Source of the DNA: a virus
Lineage: Duplodnaviria; Caudoviricetes
Strand: one strand, 5' to 3'
IMG/VR virus record: IMGVR_UViG_3300017971_000310
Location: 1-60,228 of that record
DNA length: 60,228 nucleotides
Part shown: in pieces, positions 18,472 through 27,157 of the stretch
How positions within the stretch are numbered: position 1 is the stretch's first letter
Layout of the letters: every line of letters begins with the position of its first letter
Position numbers and translations under genes: made by a program
Notes under the pieces: model-generated
Seen by the model: only the letters and a program-made list of their open reading frames with translations
Database searches by the model: none
What the model was told of the DNA's origin: nothing

Positions 18472-19352
18472 TAACTGGTGGCGGTGGGTTCATAGGTGTA
18501 CATCTAGCAAACTGGTTCATTCGGTCCGGTCATCAGGTATTTGTCGTAGATGATTGCTCTAAATGGGGGGATCTATCGTTTAGATACCTGGAGGGATGTA
18601 CGCTGGTACAGGGTAGTATCTTAGACGATAGGGTTTATGGCTGGTTTCCACGTCCAAGCATAATATATCATCTAGCTGTGATACCTATAGGGCAGGCCGA
18701 AGATGAACCGTTGCGTAGCATACAGGTGAATATTGCCGGTACAATGAAGGTGGCTAATTATGCACAGCGTGTAAAGGCAGATGGGCTAGTCTATGTGTCA
18801 TCGGCTAGTATCTACGGAAATGGTCCTATTCCTAGCACAGAATATAGCGAGCCACATGTAGGGTGCATCTACGCTGCGGAGAAACTGATAGGTGAGAATA
18901 TATGTCTTAGCGCACGTTTACCTGTTACTATATTTAGATTGACTAATACGTATGGACCAGATATTGATGGGCATAAGATACGTCATAGGGGCAGTATAGG
19001 CAGAATAATTTACGCCCTATACGATGGTGGACCGTTTGCACTATTTGGGGATGGTTCACATACTAGGGATTACGTCTATATAGATGATGTAGTTAATGCC
19101 CTGGTTCGGGTGGATGGTAATGGTATATATAATGTAGGGACTGGAATAGAAACCACCTCCGCTAGATTAGTAGAGCTAATAGGAAATATAATGGGTAAGG
19201 ATGTACATATACGGCAGGCTCCCTTGCGAAGGATTGATTACATAAAACGCAGGGCGTTGGATATTAGTAGAATTAGGCGAGATTTGAATTGGGAGCCTAC
19301 GGTAGACCTAGAGACTGGGCTAGCTAGATGTGTTGCTAGTATGGAGGAATAG
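18456..19352 (+). CDS. NAD-dependent epimerase/dehydratase
   Basis: ILITGGGGFIG, YAAEK (YxxxK), NTYGP, GDGSHTRDYVYIDD. Confidence 0.92.
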   Translation: MARILITGGGGFIGVHLANWFIRSGHQVFVVDDCSKWGDLSFRYLEGCTLVQGSILDDRVYGWFPRPSIIYHLAVIPIGQAEDEPLRSIQVNIAGTMKVANYAQRVKADGLVYVSSASIYGNGPIPSTEYSEPHVGCIYAAEKLIGENICLSARLPVTIFRLTNTYGPDIDGHKIRHRGSIGRIIYALYDGGPFALFGDGSHTRDYVYIDDVVNALVRVDGNGIYNVGTGIETTSARLVELIGNIMGKDVHIRQAPLRRIDYIKRRALDISRIRRDLNWEPTVDLETGLARCVASMEE

Positions 19353-19353
19353 T

Positions 19354-20031
19354 ATGGCATATGCCACATTCACAGAATTTAAGGAGCATACAACTCTACG
19401 AGATACAAGTGGTGATAATCAGGCCAGTGTAGAAAGACTATTGGATGCGGCTAGTAGAAATATAGATCGTTTCTGTAATCGTCCAGATGGGTTCGAGGCA
19501 GATAGTTCGGCCAGTGCCAGAACATACGCTGGGTCCGGTACGCCCTATCAACGTATAGACGAGTGTATAGAAATAACTCTAATAGCAGTTAAGGATTCAG
19601 CCACAGACGATAGCTATACTAGCTGGGGGGATGATGATTGGGTAGCGTATACAGGTGATCCAAGACGTCCAGATTTTAATAGATTACCCTATACCGGAAT
19701 AATGGTCGATCCTACTGGGGGTGAGAGTGTATTCACCAGTGGGAAATTCACCACAAGAGCCGGATTTAGGCCAACAACAGAGGTATACAGAGGTGTGCCT
19801 ACGGTACAGGTTACGGCTAAATGGGGATATAGCGAAGATATACCCGAAGACATAAAAATGGCCTGTATAATGCAGGCAGCTAGGTGGTTCAAACGTATGC
19901 AAGGGAATATGGCGGATGCTGTAGCCAGCGGAGACTTTGGTATGATGATGTATGTCCAACAGCTAGATCCGGATATACAACAGCTATTAATTGCTGGACG
20001 GTATGTAAGGCCGGCAGTAGGGCTAACGTGA
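19354..20031 (+). CDS. head-tail connector (gp6-like)
   Basis: MAYATFTEFK, LLDAASRNIDRFCNR, WGY..IPEDIKMAC. Confidence 0.8.
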   Translation: MAYATFTEFKEHTTLRDTSGDNQASVERLLDAASRNIDRFCNRPDGFEADSSASARTYAGSGTPYQRIDECIEITLIAVKDSATDDSYTSWGDDDWVAYTGDPRRPDFNRLPYTGIMVDPTGGESVFTSGKFTTRAGFRPTTEVYRGVPTVQVTAKWGYSEDIPEDIKMACIMQAARWFKRMQGNMADAVASGDFGMMMYVQQLDPDIQQLLIAGRYVRPAVGLT

Positions 20032-21566
20032 CAGGTATTAGGGTAGAAATACAGGGGCTGAAGGAAGCTCAAGCTAAGATGGAGCAGGTAGCCAGGGATG
20101 TCCATGGTACTCCTATGGTAGACGCCATGAAGCAGGCTACATTGCTAGTAGAGGGGGATGCCAAACGAAATGCCCCTGTGGACACAGGAAGATTACGGGC
20201 CAGTATAATGCCGGAGGTTCGGGTAGCTGGGGTATTTAATAGGACTGTTCAGGGTGTGGTGGGTAGCAATGTCCAATATGCGTGTATCTTTAATGCACAC
20301 ACTAATATAATCACTAAGAGTGGGGGTAAAACTATTGGACAAATAGAAGTAGGGGATTATGTTTTATCTCAGGATGGGCTATATCACAAGGTAGTAGCCA
20401 AGAATATATTCCCTGCCACGGAGAAACCGGAGCTAATAGATATAGAAGCATATTGGCGGGCGGGCCATAATCATAATATTACATTGACTATAGATCATAA
20501 AGTATTAGTGTATAGAAATGGTAGAAATAAGTGGGTTGAGGCTGGGGAATTAGAGATAGGAGATCAGTTATATCAACGTAAGAAGATAGCACACAATAAG
20601 GGTAAATCAAAGTATTCCTCCCGTATATGCATAAATTGTGGCAAAGAATATGAACGCGGGCATGGCGAGGGGAAAACTATGGGAATAAAATATTGTTCCC
20701 ACGAATGTAGATATGAGCATTGGGCCGCTGGCAATAACCCACATATAGGCAGGAAAAGGGCGGCGTCTACAAGAAAGAAAATTAGTGAACGAATTAGGGA
20801 ACGGATACAAAACGATCCTCAATCACGGTTAAATTGTATATTAGCACGCAGGGGATTTGTAACATCACACGAACAAGAAATTAAAGATTGGTTAGACGAT
20901 ATGAATGCTGAATATAAATTCCAAGAACCTATAGGAAAACACGTCGTTGACTTTTATGTACCCTCAATAAATACTATATTTGAGGCCGATGGAGCATATT
21001 GGCACCAGGATCAGCAGAAAGATATAGATCGGGACAAGAAATTACTTAGCAGCATCCCGGAGGCTTGTATATTTCACATACACTTCTATGATAATAGATT
21101 TAGCCCAGAGTTAAATACTTGTCCTATTGATAATGTGTATTATGTCCCTGTAAATCCTGGAATGTCTAGCTTCACCAATCTAGATGTTCTATGTGCGAGT
21201 GAGGTAGTAGCTTTGAGAAGATGGATATATGTAAGGCCACCAGGTAAGTGGGGGGCTAAGGTAGCAAAACTGTATGACCTATCGGTTGAAGGAATGCATT
21301 CTTTCTTTGCTAATGGGTTATTGGTATCAAACAGTCATGTTGAAATGGGAACTGGACCTGCTATTGGCAATTCAGCCTACTCCCCGCCCGCCACCAATGT
21401 GGCTGGCTGGGCACATAGGCATGGGATATCTGCCTATACTGTAGTAGAGGCTATCCGTAGGAAGGGGACTAAAGCTTACAGATACTTACAAAGGGCCGTA
21501 GAAGATAATGCCGATAGAATACAAAGTATTCTGGCAGGGGCGTTGGATAAGATAGCAGACAAATGA
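20028..21566 (+). CDS. HK97 gp10-like neck/tail-completion protein interrupted by an intein
   Basis: AKRNAPVDTGRLRASI and VGSNVQYA|...|SHVEMGT; GTG start overlaps the upstream TGA. Confidence 0.85.
   Translation: MTGIRVEIQGLKEAQAKMEQVARDVHGTPMVDAMKQATLLVEGDAKRNAPVDTGRLRASIMPEVRVAGVFNRTVQGVVGSNVQYACIFNAHTNIITKSGGKTIGQIEVGDYVLSQDGLYHKVVAKNIFPATEKPELIDIEAYWRAGHNHNITLTIDHKVLVYRNGRNKWVEAGELEIGDQLYQRKKIAHNKGKSKYSSRICINCGKEYERGHGEGKTMGIKYCSHECRYEHWAAGNNPHIGRKRAASTRKKISERIRERIQNDPQSRLNCILARRGFVTSHEQEIKDWLDDMNAEYKFQEPIGKHVVDFYVPSINTIFEADGAYWHQDQQKDIDRDKKLLSSIPEACIFHIHFYDNRFSPELNTCPIDNVYYVPVNPGMSSFTNLDVLCASEVVALRRWIYVRPPGKWGAKVAKLYDLSVEGMHSFFANGLLVSNSHVEMGTGPAIGNSAYSPPATNVAGWAHRHGISAYTVVEAIRRKGTKAYRYLQRAVEDNADRIQSILAGALDKIADK
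20283..21332 (+). mobile_element. intein (350 aa) with Zn-finger and DUF559/Vsr-like endonuclease
   Basis: Block A CIFNAHTNI, block B TIDH, block F/G LYDLSVEGMHSFFANGLLVSN followed by +1 Ser; internal VDFY...IFEADGAYWH. Confidence 0.88.
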
Positions 21567-22033
21567 CTACATATAACCTGAGCGATATAATCGATTCTAT
21601 TGAAGAAGCTTTAAGTGTGGCGGCCTCCTTAAATGCGTCACAGTCCTACGACGAGTTAACAGAGGCTATAATGGACCCACCCACATTACAGGTATATCCA
21701 GACGAAGGTGGGGCCAGTGAGTATTCCGACACGGATAGAATAACATTAGGTAATAGAACAACCAGCAAAAAGCATAGTGTCAAGGTCTATACAATCTTCG
21801 TTGATTTATTAGCCAAACAGCGGGCCAATATCGGAGAGGATATGAAAACCCTGGTGGATTGTATAGACGAGATAGAGGACATACTAGATACCCAGGATTA
21901 TCCGGTGTTCGATAACGATAACATTATATCGTTTAGTTGGGAGCCTTGGCGTAGGGTATTGTATACGTATTCCAATATAGATTATGTGGGGGCACGGTTC
22001 ACATTAACTGTTAGGTGTGGGAGGACTGAATGA
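21563..22033 (+). CDS. putative tail terminator/minor tail protein
   Basis: Position between the gp10-like and tail tube genes; size and composition consistent. Confidence 0.55.
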   Translation: MTTYNLSDIIDSIEEALSVAASLNASQSYDELTEAIMDPPTLQVYPDEGGASEYSDTDRITLGNRTTSKKHSVKVYTIFVDLLAKQRANIGEDMKTLVDCIDEIEDILDTQDYPVFDNDNIISFSWEPWRRVLYTYSNIDYVGARFTLTVRCGRTE

Positions 22034-22386
22034 TATTATATAGAATACTGAAACCATTATCCACTGGGGAGTTGCCTGGAATGATCGTACCAGGCAATAG
22101 ATTTAAGGGGCATATAGCTAAGGCGCTGATAGCAAACACAGCTATTGCCGAAGTTCACGGGCCTCCTCTTGTAGAGATACCAGGGTGGAAAACAAGATCA
22201 AAGCGGTTAGAGAAAGTGGATGTGTATACAGCAATAGAGTTTCTAAATATAGATAACGATGTAATAAGTGAGCTGTTCAACCATAGATCTAAGCGTACAG
22301 TTAAACAGTGGAAAGCAGAGGTGGAAGATTGGCTGATTGTAGAGATAGCAAGGGCACGGCCCGTCAAGCGTCGGATGGGCACGTGA
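22030..22386 (+). CDS. hypothetical protein (possible HhH-like C-terminus)
   Basis: 118-aa coupled ORF; LVEIPGW...RLEKVDVYT. Confidence 0.55.
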   Translation: MILYRILKPLSTGELPGMIVPGNRFKGHIAKALIANTAIAEVHGPPLVEIPGWKTRSKRLEKVDVYTAIEFLNIDNDVISELFNHRSKRTVKQWKAEVEDWLIVEIARARPVKRRMGT

Positions 22387-22422
22387 AAGTAATCATAATC
22401 TTATAGTTAATAGGAGGAAATA

Positions 22423-22890
22423 ATGGCACAAACTACAAATCAAGTCCCAATGGCGTGCGGGAAACTAGAGATCAGTGTAGACGACTGCGTATCGTGGACG
22501 GATATCAGTGGTGAGGCTCAGAGTATTAGTGGTACTGAGCAGACCGTCATGAGCGGTGAGGCTTACACGTTCTCAGGCGATACGGCATTGCCAGGCGGCG
22601 GTAAACGAGAGCCGATGGAGCTGGAGGTTGTTATTGTCTATACAGAGGCAGATGATGAGGCGTATCAGTTGGTACGTAACGCCTTTGAGGAGGCCGGCAC
22701 TTGTGGCGGTGAGATATGTTTGCGGTGGTCGCCACGTGGCGGCTCTGCCGGACATGAGCAATTAACCACAGGGTCTGGGCAGCTAACAAGCTTTACATAT
22801 CCAGCTATGGATGCCAGCGCTGGTGGACCAATTATGGTTGGATTCACTGTTAAGGTCGGCTCCATCACAACTACAATCGTAGCATCATAA
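22423..22890 (+). CDS. major tail (tube) protein
   Basis: Strong SD AGGAGG; acidic beta-rich 155 aa preceding the chaperone and tape measure genes. Confidence 0.7.
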   Translation: MAQTTNQVPMACGKLEISVDDCVSWTDISGEAQSISGTEQTVMSGEAYTFSGDTALPGGGKREPMELEVVIVYTEADDEAYQLVRNAFEEAGTCGGEICLRWSPRGGSAGHEQLTTGSGQLTSFTYPAMDASAGGPIMVGFTVKVGSITTTIVAS

Positions 22891-22906
22891 TATATAGGAG
22901 GGATTG

Positions 22907-23152
22907 ATGGCACAGGAGATTAGGGTTAATCTAGATTCAATGACGCTAGGTGATCTGGAGAAGCTGGAGTCGGACAGCTTTACTGACATGTTGAAGGTAT
23001 TCGATCACGTTGTCTACCTGGAGGGTATTCCCGAAGAGGAACAGGAGGAGGCCCTTAGAAATATGAAGTGGACAGCCATATCAGATATAGCGGATGCTAT
23101 CCGTGAAGCTGTTGAGGAGGCCACTAATCCCAAAGAAGGCGGAAAAAACTAG
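22907..23152 (+). CDS. tail assembly chaperone (gpG-like)
   Basis: Position; ends ...NPKEGGKN* over a slippery sequence. Confidence 0.75.
   Translation: MAQEIRVNLDSMTLGDLEKLESDSFTDMLKVFDHVVYLEGIPEEEQEEALRNMKWTAISDIADAIREAVEEATNPKEGGKN
23143..23149 (+). other. -1 programmed frameshift site A AAA AAC
   Basis: X XXY YYZ heptamer immediately before the stop; the -1 frame stays open to 23358. Confidence 0.75.
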
Positions 23153-23358
23153 CCTTGCGGCTGGCCAGCTTCCTATGGGCGGGGGCTGGCCGGCCGCCAA
23201 AAGAATACGTAGAGTATCGAATACGGATGCTGTATAACCTTCCACCTGGGGTGGTCTTAGTGGGGCAAGACTTCCTGACAGCATTAAGGGACTTACGGTG
23301 TAAGGGTATGGAGCTCCAAGTACAGGCACAACGGCAAAAGATGAGGTCTCGTGGCTAG
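23150..23358 (+). CDS. frameshifted chaperone extension (gpGT-like)
   Basis: -1 frame reads LALRLASFLW...; lacks its own SD/ATG; overlaps the tape measure start. Confidence 0.65.
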
Positions 23359-26300
23359 AGATACCACAATAAAGGTCATAATTGAAGGGCAGGATAAGAC
23401 CGGCCCGGCTATACAAGGCGCTACGTCTGGCCTAAAAAGCATGGGGGCAGGTATGCTAAAGAGTGCCGCCGCCTTCGGTGTCGCTCAAGCTGCCGCTAGC
23501 GCCCTGATTGGTACAGTGGTGAATCTTGCCGAATCCCTGTCTAAATTAGGCCCTACAGCAATCAAGACCGCAGGATCCTTCCAAGAAATGGGGCTTGTGG
23601 CTCAGGCTGTTGGTCAGACAGTAGGTATGCAAAGGGACGAGATAAACCAGGCCATAGATGATCTGAATAAGGCAGGGATTAGGTATGATGCTGCCTCACG
23701 TTCTGTGGCCCTGTTTGCCAGGAATCAGGTGGATTTAGCCTACTCCACTCAACTGGCTAATGTAGCACAAGGCGCGGCTGTTCTCTTGCAAGAAGACTCC
23801 TCTGAGACAATGAACAAGCTAATGATGGCTATTAGCACGGGCAACTCATATATGTTGCGTCGTATGTTATTGTCTACACAATTGAAGGAAGAGGAAAAGA
23901 AATTTGCCGAAGCTCTGGGCAAGACAGTGGATCAGCTCACCCAACGTGAGAAGGTAGAGGCCAGGGTTCAGGCTATTATACGGGACTCTGCTACGCTTAC
24001 TAATGTCTATGGTGCAGCTATGGAATCCCCTACAAAAGCGCTACGGTCATTGACCGGACGTGTATTACCAGAAATGTATGCCAGCCTGGGGCAGATGTTT
24101 CTACCTGCCTGGAAGTCGGTTATAGATACAGTATCCACCGCCGCTAAAGCCATAAAAACAGCAGCCAATGAGGGGGGATCTTTGTATCCTATACTGGTTA
24201 ATTTGGGGGCAGTTGCCTCTATGGCTGCGGATGGGTTTAAGAACTTAGTGAAGGGGTTACTGCCTGCACAGGAAACCGCCGCAGAAGCAGCCAATAGAAT
24301 ATGGAGATTGGAGCACCACATGAGCGCTCTTCCTGCTGCCGCAGAAAAAGCGGGCAAAGGGTTGCTTACTGGGCTTGTAGATAGGCTAATGACAGCCGCA
24401 TCTGCTGCTTTCAGTGGTGGTATAGAAATAGTTGCTTCTCTAGCAGAGGGCATTGTACAGGGTATAGCATCCACGCTTACCTCTGTAATGAATTACCTAA
24501 GTTCTGTGCTTACCTCCTGGTTAGCCCCACACTCTGCTCCCAAAATAGTAGCGGGCCTAATGGACTGGAGTCGCGAGACCTTTCAGATGTATCTGGAGGG
24601 GTTCTCGGCCGCAGACTTTGGTGTATTAGAAAAACTGCAAAGCCCCCTACAAGAGGCATTGTCTACTATGGTCAGTTCTGGAGATATGGGTAAGGACGTC
24701 GCACAAAGCCTGTATGCAGACCTATCTCAAGAAATGGCTGGTGTATTGGCTAAGTTCCAAGAGACTGGGGAATTAGATACTAGCATATTTGATAAACTAA
24801 CAGAGGCCGGTGGCAAATTTGGAGCTGAGCTAGCGGAGTTGGCCCGTAGGCAATTAGAGTTTGCGGGAGCAACCAAAGCAGTAGAAGAGGCAGAGACCGC
24901 ACTTAAGAATGCGCTAACAGAACAAGAAGACGCCCAAGGCAGCCTATCCACAATAATGGATGAGTATAATCAATTATTGAGGGAGGGGGCGGATCCTAAA
25001 GCCTTAGCCGCCAAAAAGAAAGAGTTCGAGGCCGCTAAGGCCAGGGTTGACGCAGCAGAGGATGGTGTTAAGGCTGCCGAGAAACAGAAGAAAAGGGCAG
25101 AAGAACAACTAGACCCTCTACAAGAGCAAGTGACTATCCAGGAGCGGTTACTCAAACAGTTAATGCAGTTTGAGAAGCTCCAATCCGAAATGCAACCAAT
25201 TACAAAGGCACTAGGAATAGATGACCTGGATAAAGCACTTAAGAAAGTTGCTGGTGGTGGTGGAGCAGGCGCAGCTATAGAGGATATATTGCCTACATTT
25301 GATGTCGATCCTACCCAATTAGGAGACCCCATAAAGGACGCTATAGATGCCGCCAAGCTAGATCTACAGACACGGATGGAGGGGCTATTCCAACCATTAA
25401 CAGATGCCTGGACAACGACACAAGAAACCTTTTCTGGGCTAGTTCCTCAGTTCCAAGAGACAATGGGGCATATACAACAGGTTATACAAGAATATTGGCC
25501 TATCATCCGAGACACTGTAGTGGGGTCTGTGCAAACCATCTATGATTGGGTGATGATAAATTGGCCCGTCTTCCGGGATACTGTACTAGGTATTGTGGAG
25601 GAGATAAGGCTGTGGTTTGAGACAAACTGGCCTATTATACAGGCAGTGGCCGTGACAGCATGGACAGTCATACAAGATATTGCGTTAACTGTAGTCGATG
25701 TCTTTAGAAATACTATTTTACCACAATTCCAGGAGGCGTTTGCTAGTGTTACTGAGGCAATACAGGGTTGGGGATGGACCTGGGAGGATGTGTGGAACGC
25801 CGTTAAAACAGTATTGCAGGTAGCTGGAATAACTATTGGCGCTTTATTGGTAGCGCTTCTAAGTGTCATAACTGGCGTGGTTACGGCCATAGCCCATGTT
25901 ATAAACGCATTGGCAGATGCCTGGGCCAGCGTATCTAATGGTATTCGTAACATCATTACTGGTCTAACCGAATGGTTCGCTCACGCGTTCGGTCTAATAA
26001 AGGCTATTATATCGGGCGATACGGACGCTATGATGTTCCACCTGAGGGGGGCTTGGGAAGGAATGAAATTATACTTCCAAGGTGTCCTAGAAACAATCTC
26101 TGGCATATTTACCGCGACGTTCGGATTTATACTGGCCGCTATAGGCGGATTCGTAGAGGGCGTAATAGAGTTCTTCCAGAGTCTATATGATAGACTAGTT
26201 GGGCATTCTATTATAACGGATATGGTTAACGAAATCCAGACAGTCTTCAGTGGTGGGTTAATTGAGGCTGTGCAGACTGTACTGGAGAAGATAGGCTCTA

Positions 26301-27154
26301 TTGTCGATTTGATTGGTGGGTTGATTGGTGGGTTTAAGAGGGCCGGTGAGAATTTAATGGCCAGCTTAATAGATGGTATGGTGACCGTATTACAAGATCA
26401 TCTGCTACCTGCCTTGGAGATTGTATCTGTTTATATGTCAGATACAGTGGTGTATATATTAGAGGAACGGCTTATACCACTGGTAATGACGTTAGACGAA
26501 TGGTTGCTTACAGTAGTGTCTACCATAACAAATTCTCTGATGCCCATTCTGCAACGTCTGTATTTTTATATAATGTTCTCCCTAAAGCCCGCCATTGAGG
26601 CGTTAGATACATCGCTGAGTGCACTAGCAACGACAATTCGGGATACACTTAACCCACCTCTAGAGACGATGCGCGGGAAGCTCGAGCTTATAAAGGGCTG
26701 GATGGTAAAAATTCGGGACGTTATAATGGATGAGGGAGGGTTAAAACAGGGTGTCGGTGATTTAGCCTATCAAATAACTACATATCTGAACCCGGCCCTT
26801 GAGACGTTGGAAGGGAAACTGCTTAGAATATTCAAAGGATTCCGTAACGCAAATGAGGCGGCTTCCGGATTACTAGGAACTATAAAGAATATCAATAATG
26901 CGCTAAACAATTTACACATACCAGACGATCTTAGCCCTGGTTCTCCATCGCCATTTGAGTCCGCACTTCGTGGTATAAACGATGCGATGTTAACTATAGC
27001 TGGTGTAGGCGCTCCCGCTATGCAAGGAGCAATGGGAAGCACGACTCAAACTACGATTGAGAACAATTATAATCTTGGTGGTGTAACGCTAACAGGAACA
27101 GACTTTGGCGCGGTAGAGGAAGGCTTCGCAATATTGCGGGCATTGTGGGGGTAA
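23351..27154 (+). CDS. tape measure protein
   Basis: 1267 aa, Ala-rich helical with W/F-spaced repeats; HS and SPS motifs; canonical position. Confidence 0.92.
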   Translation: MARDTTIKVIIEGQDKTGPAIQGATSGLKSMGAGMLKSAAAFGVAQAAASALIGTVVNLAESLSKLGPTAIKTAGSFQEMGLVAQAVGQTVGMQRDEINQAIDDLNKAGIRYDAASRSVALFARNQVDLAYSTQLANVAQGAAVLLQEDSSETMNKLMMAISTGNSYMLRRMLLSTQLKEEEKKFAEALGKTVDQLTQREKVEARVQAIIRDSATLTNVYGAAMESPTKALRSLTGRVLPEMYASLGQMFLPAWKSVIDTVSTAAKAIKTAANEGGSLYPILVNLGAVASMAADGFKNLVKGLLPAQETAAEAANRIWRLEHHMSALPAAAEKAGKGLLTGLVDRLMTAASAAFSGGIEIVASLAEGIVQGIASTLTSVMNYLSSVLTSWLAPHSAPKIVAGLMDWSRETFQMYLEGFSAADFGVLEKLQSPLQEALSTMVSSGDMGKDVAQSLYADLSQEMAGVLAKFQETGELDTSIFDKLTEAGGKFGAELAELARRQLEFAGATKAVEEAETALKNALTEQEDAQGSLSTIMDEYNQLLREGADPKALAAKKKEFEAAKARVDAAEDGVKAAEKQKKRAEEQLDPLQEQVTIQERLLKQLMQFEKLQSEMQPITKALGIDDLDKALKKVAGGGGAGAAIEDILPTFDVDPTQLGDPIKDAIDAAKLDLQTRMEGLFQPLTDAWTTTQETFSGLVPQFQETMGHIQQVIQEYWPIIRDTVVGSVQTIYDWVMINWPVFRDTVLGIVEEIRLWFETNWPIIQAVAVTAWTVIQDIALTVVDVFRNTILPQFQEAFASVTEAIQGWGWTWEDVWNAVKTVLQVAGITIGALLVALLSVITGVVTAIAHVINALADAWASVSNGIRNIITGLTEWFAHAFGLIKAIISGDTDAMMFHLRGAWEGMKLYFQGVLETISGIFTATFGFILAAIGGFVEGVIEFFQSLYDRLVGHSIITDMVNEIQTVFSGGLIEAVQTVLEKIGSIVDLIGGLIGGFKRAGENLMASLIDGMVTVLQDHLLPALEIVSVYMSDTVVYILEERLIPLVMTLDEWLLTVVSTITNSLMPILQRLYFYIMFSLKPAIEALDTSLSALATTIRDTLNPPLETMRGKLELIKGWMVKIRDVIMDEGGLKQGVGDLAYQITTYLNPALETLEGKLLRIFKGFRNANEAASGLLGTIKNINNALNNLHIPDDLSPGSPSPFESALRGINDAMLTIAGVGAPAMQGAMGSTTQTTIENNYNLGGVTLTGTDFGAVEEGFAILRALWG

Positions 27155-27157
27155 TAT

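Noticed and set aside
19884-20027. N-terminal extension of the gp10-like ORF given in the track
   Set aside because: It overlaps the connector gene; the coupled GTG at 20028 gives a typical gp10 start.
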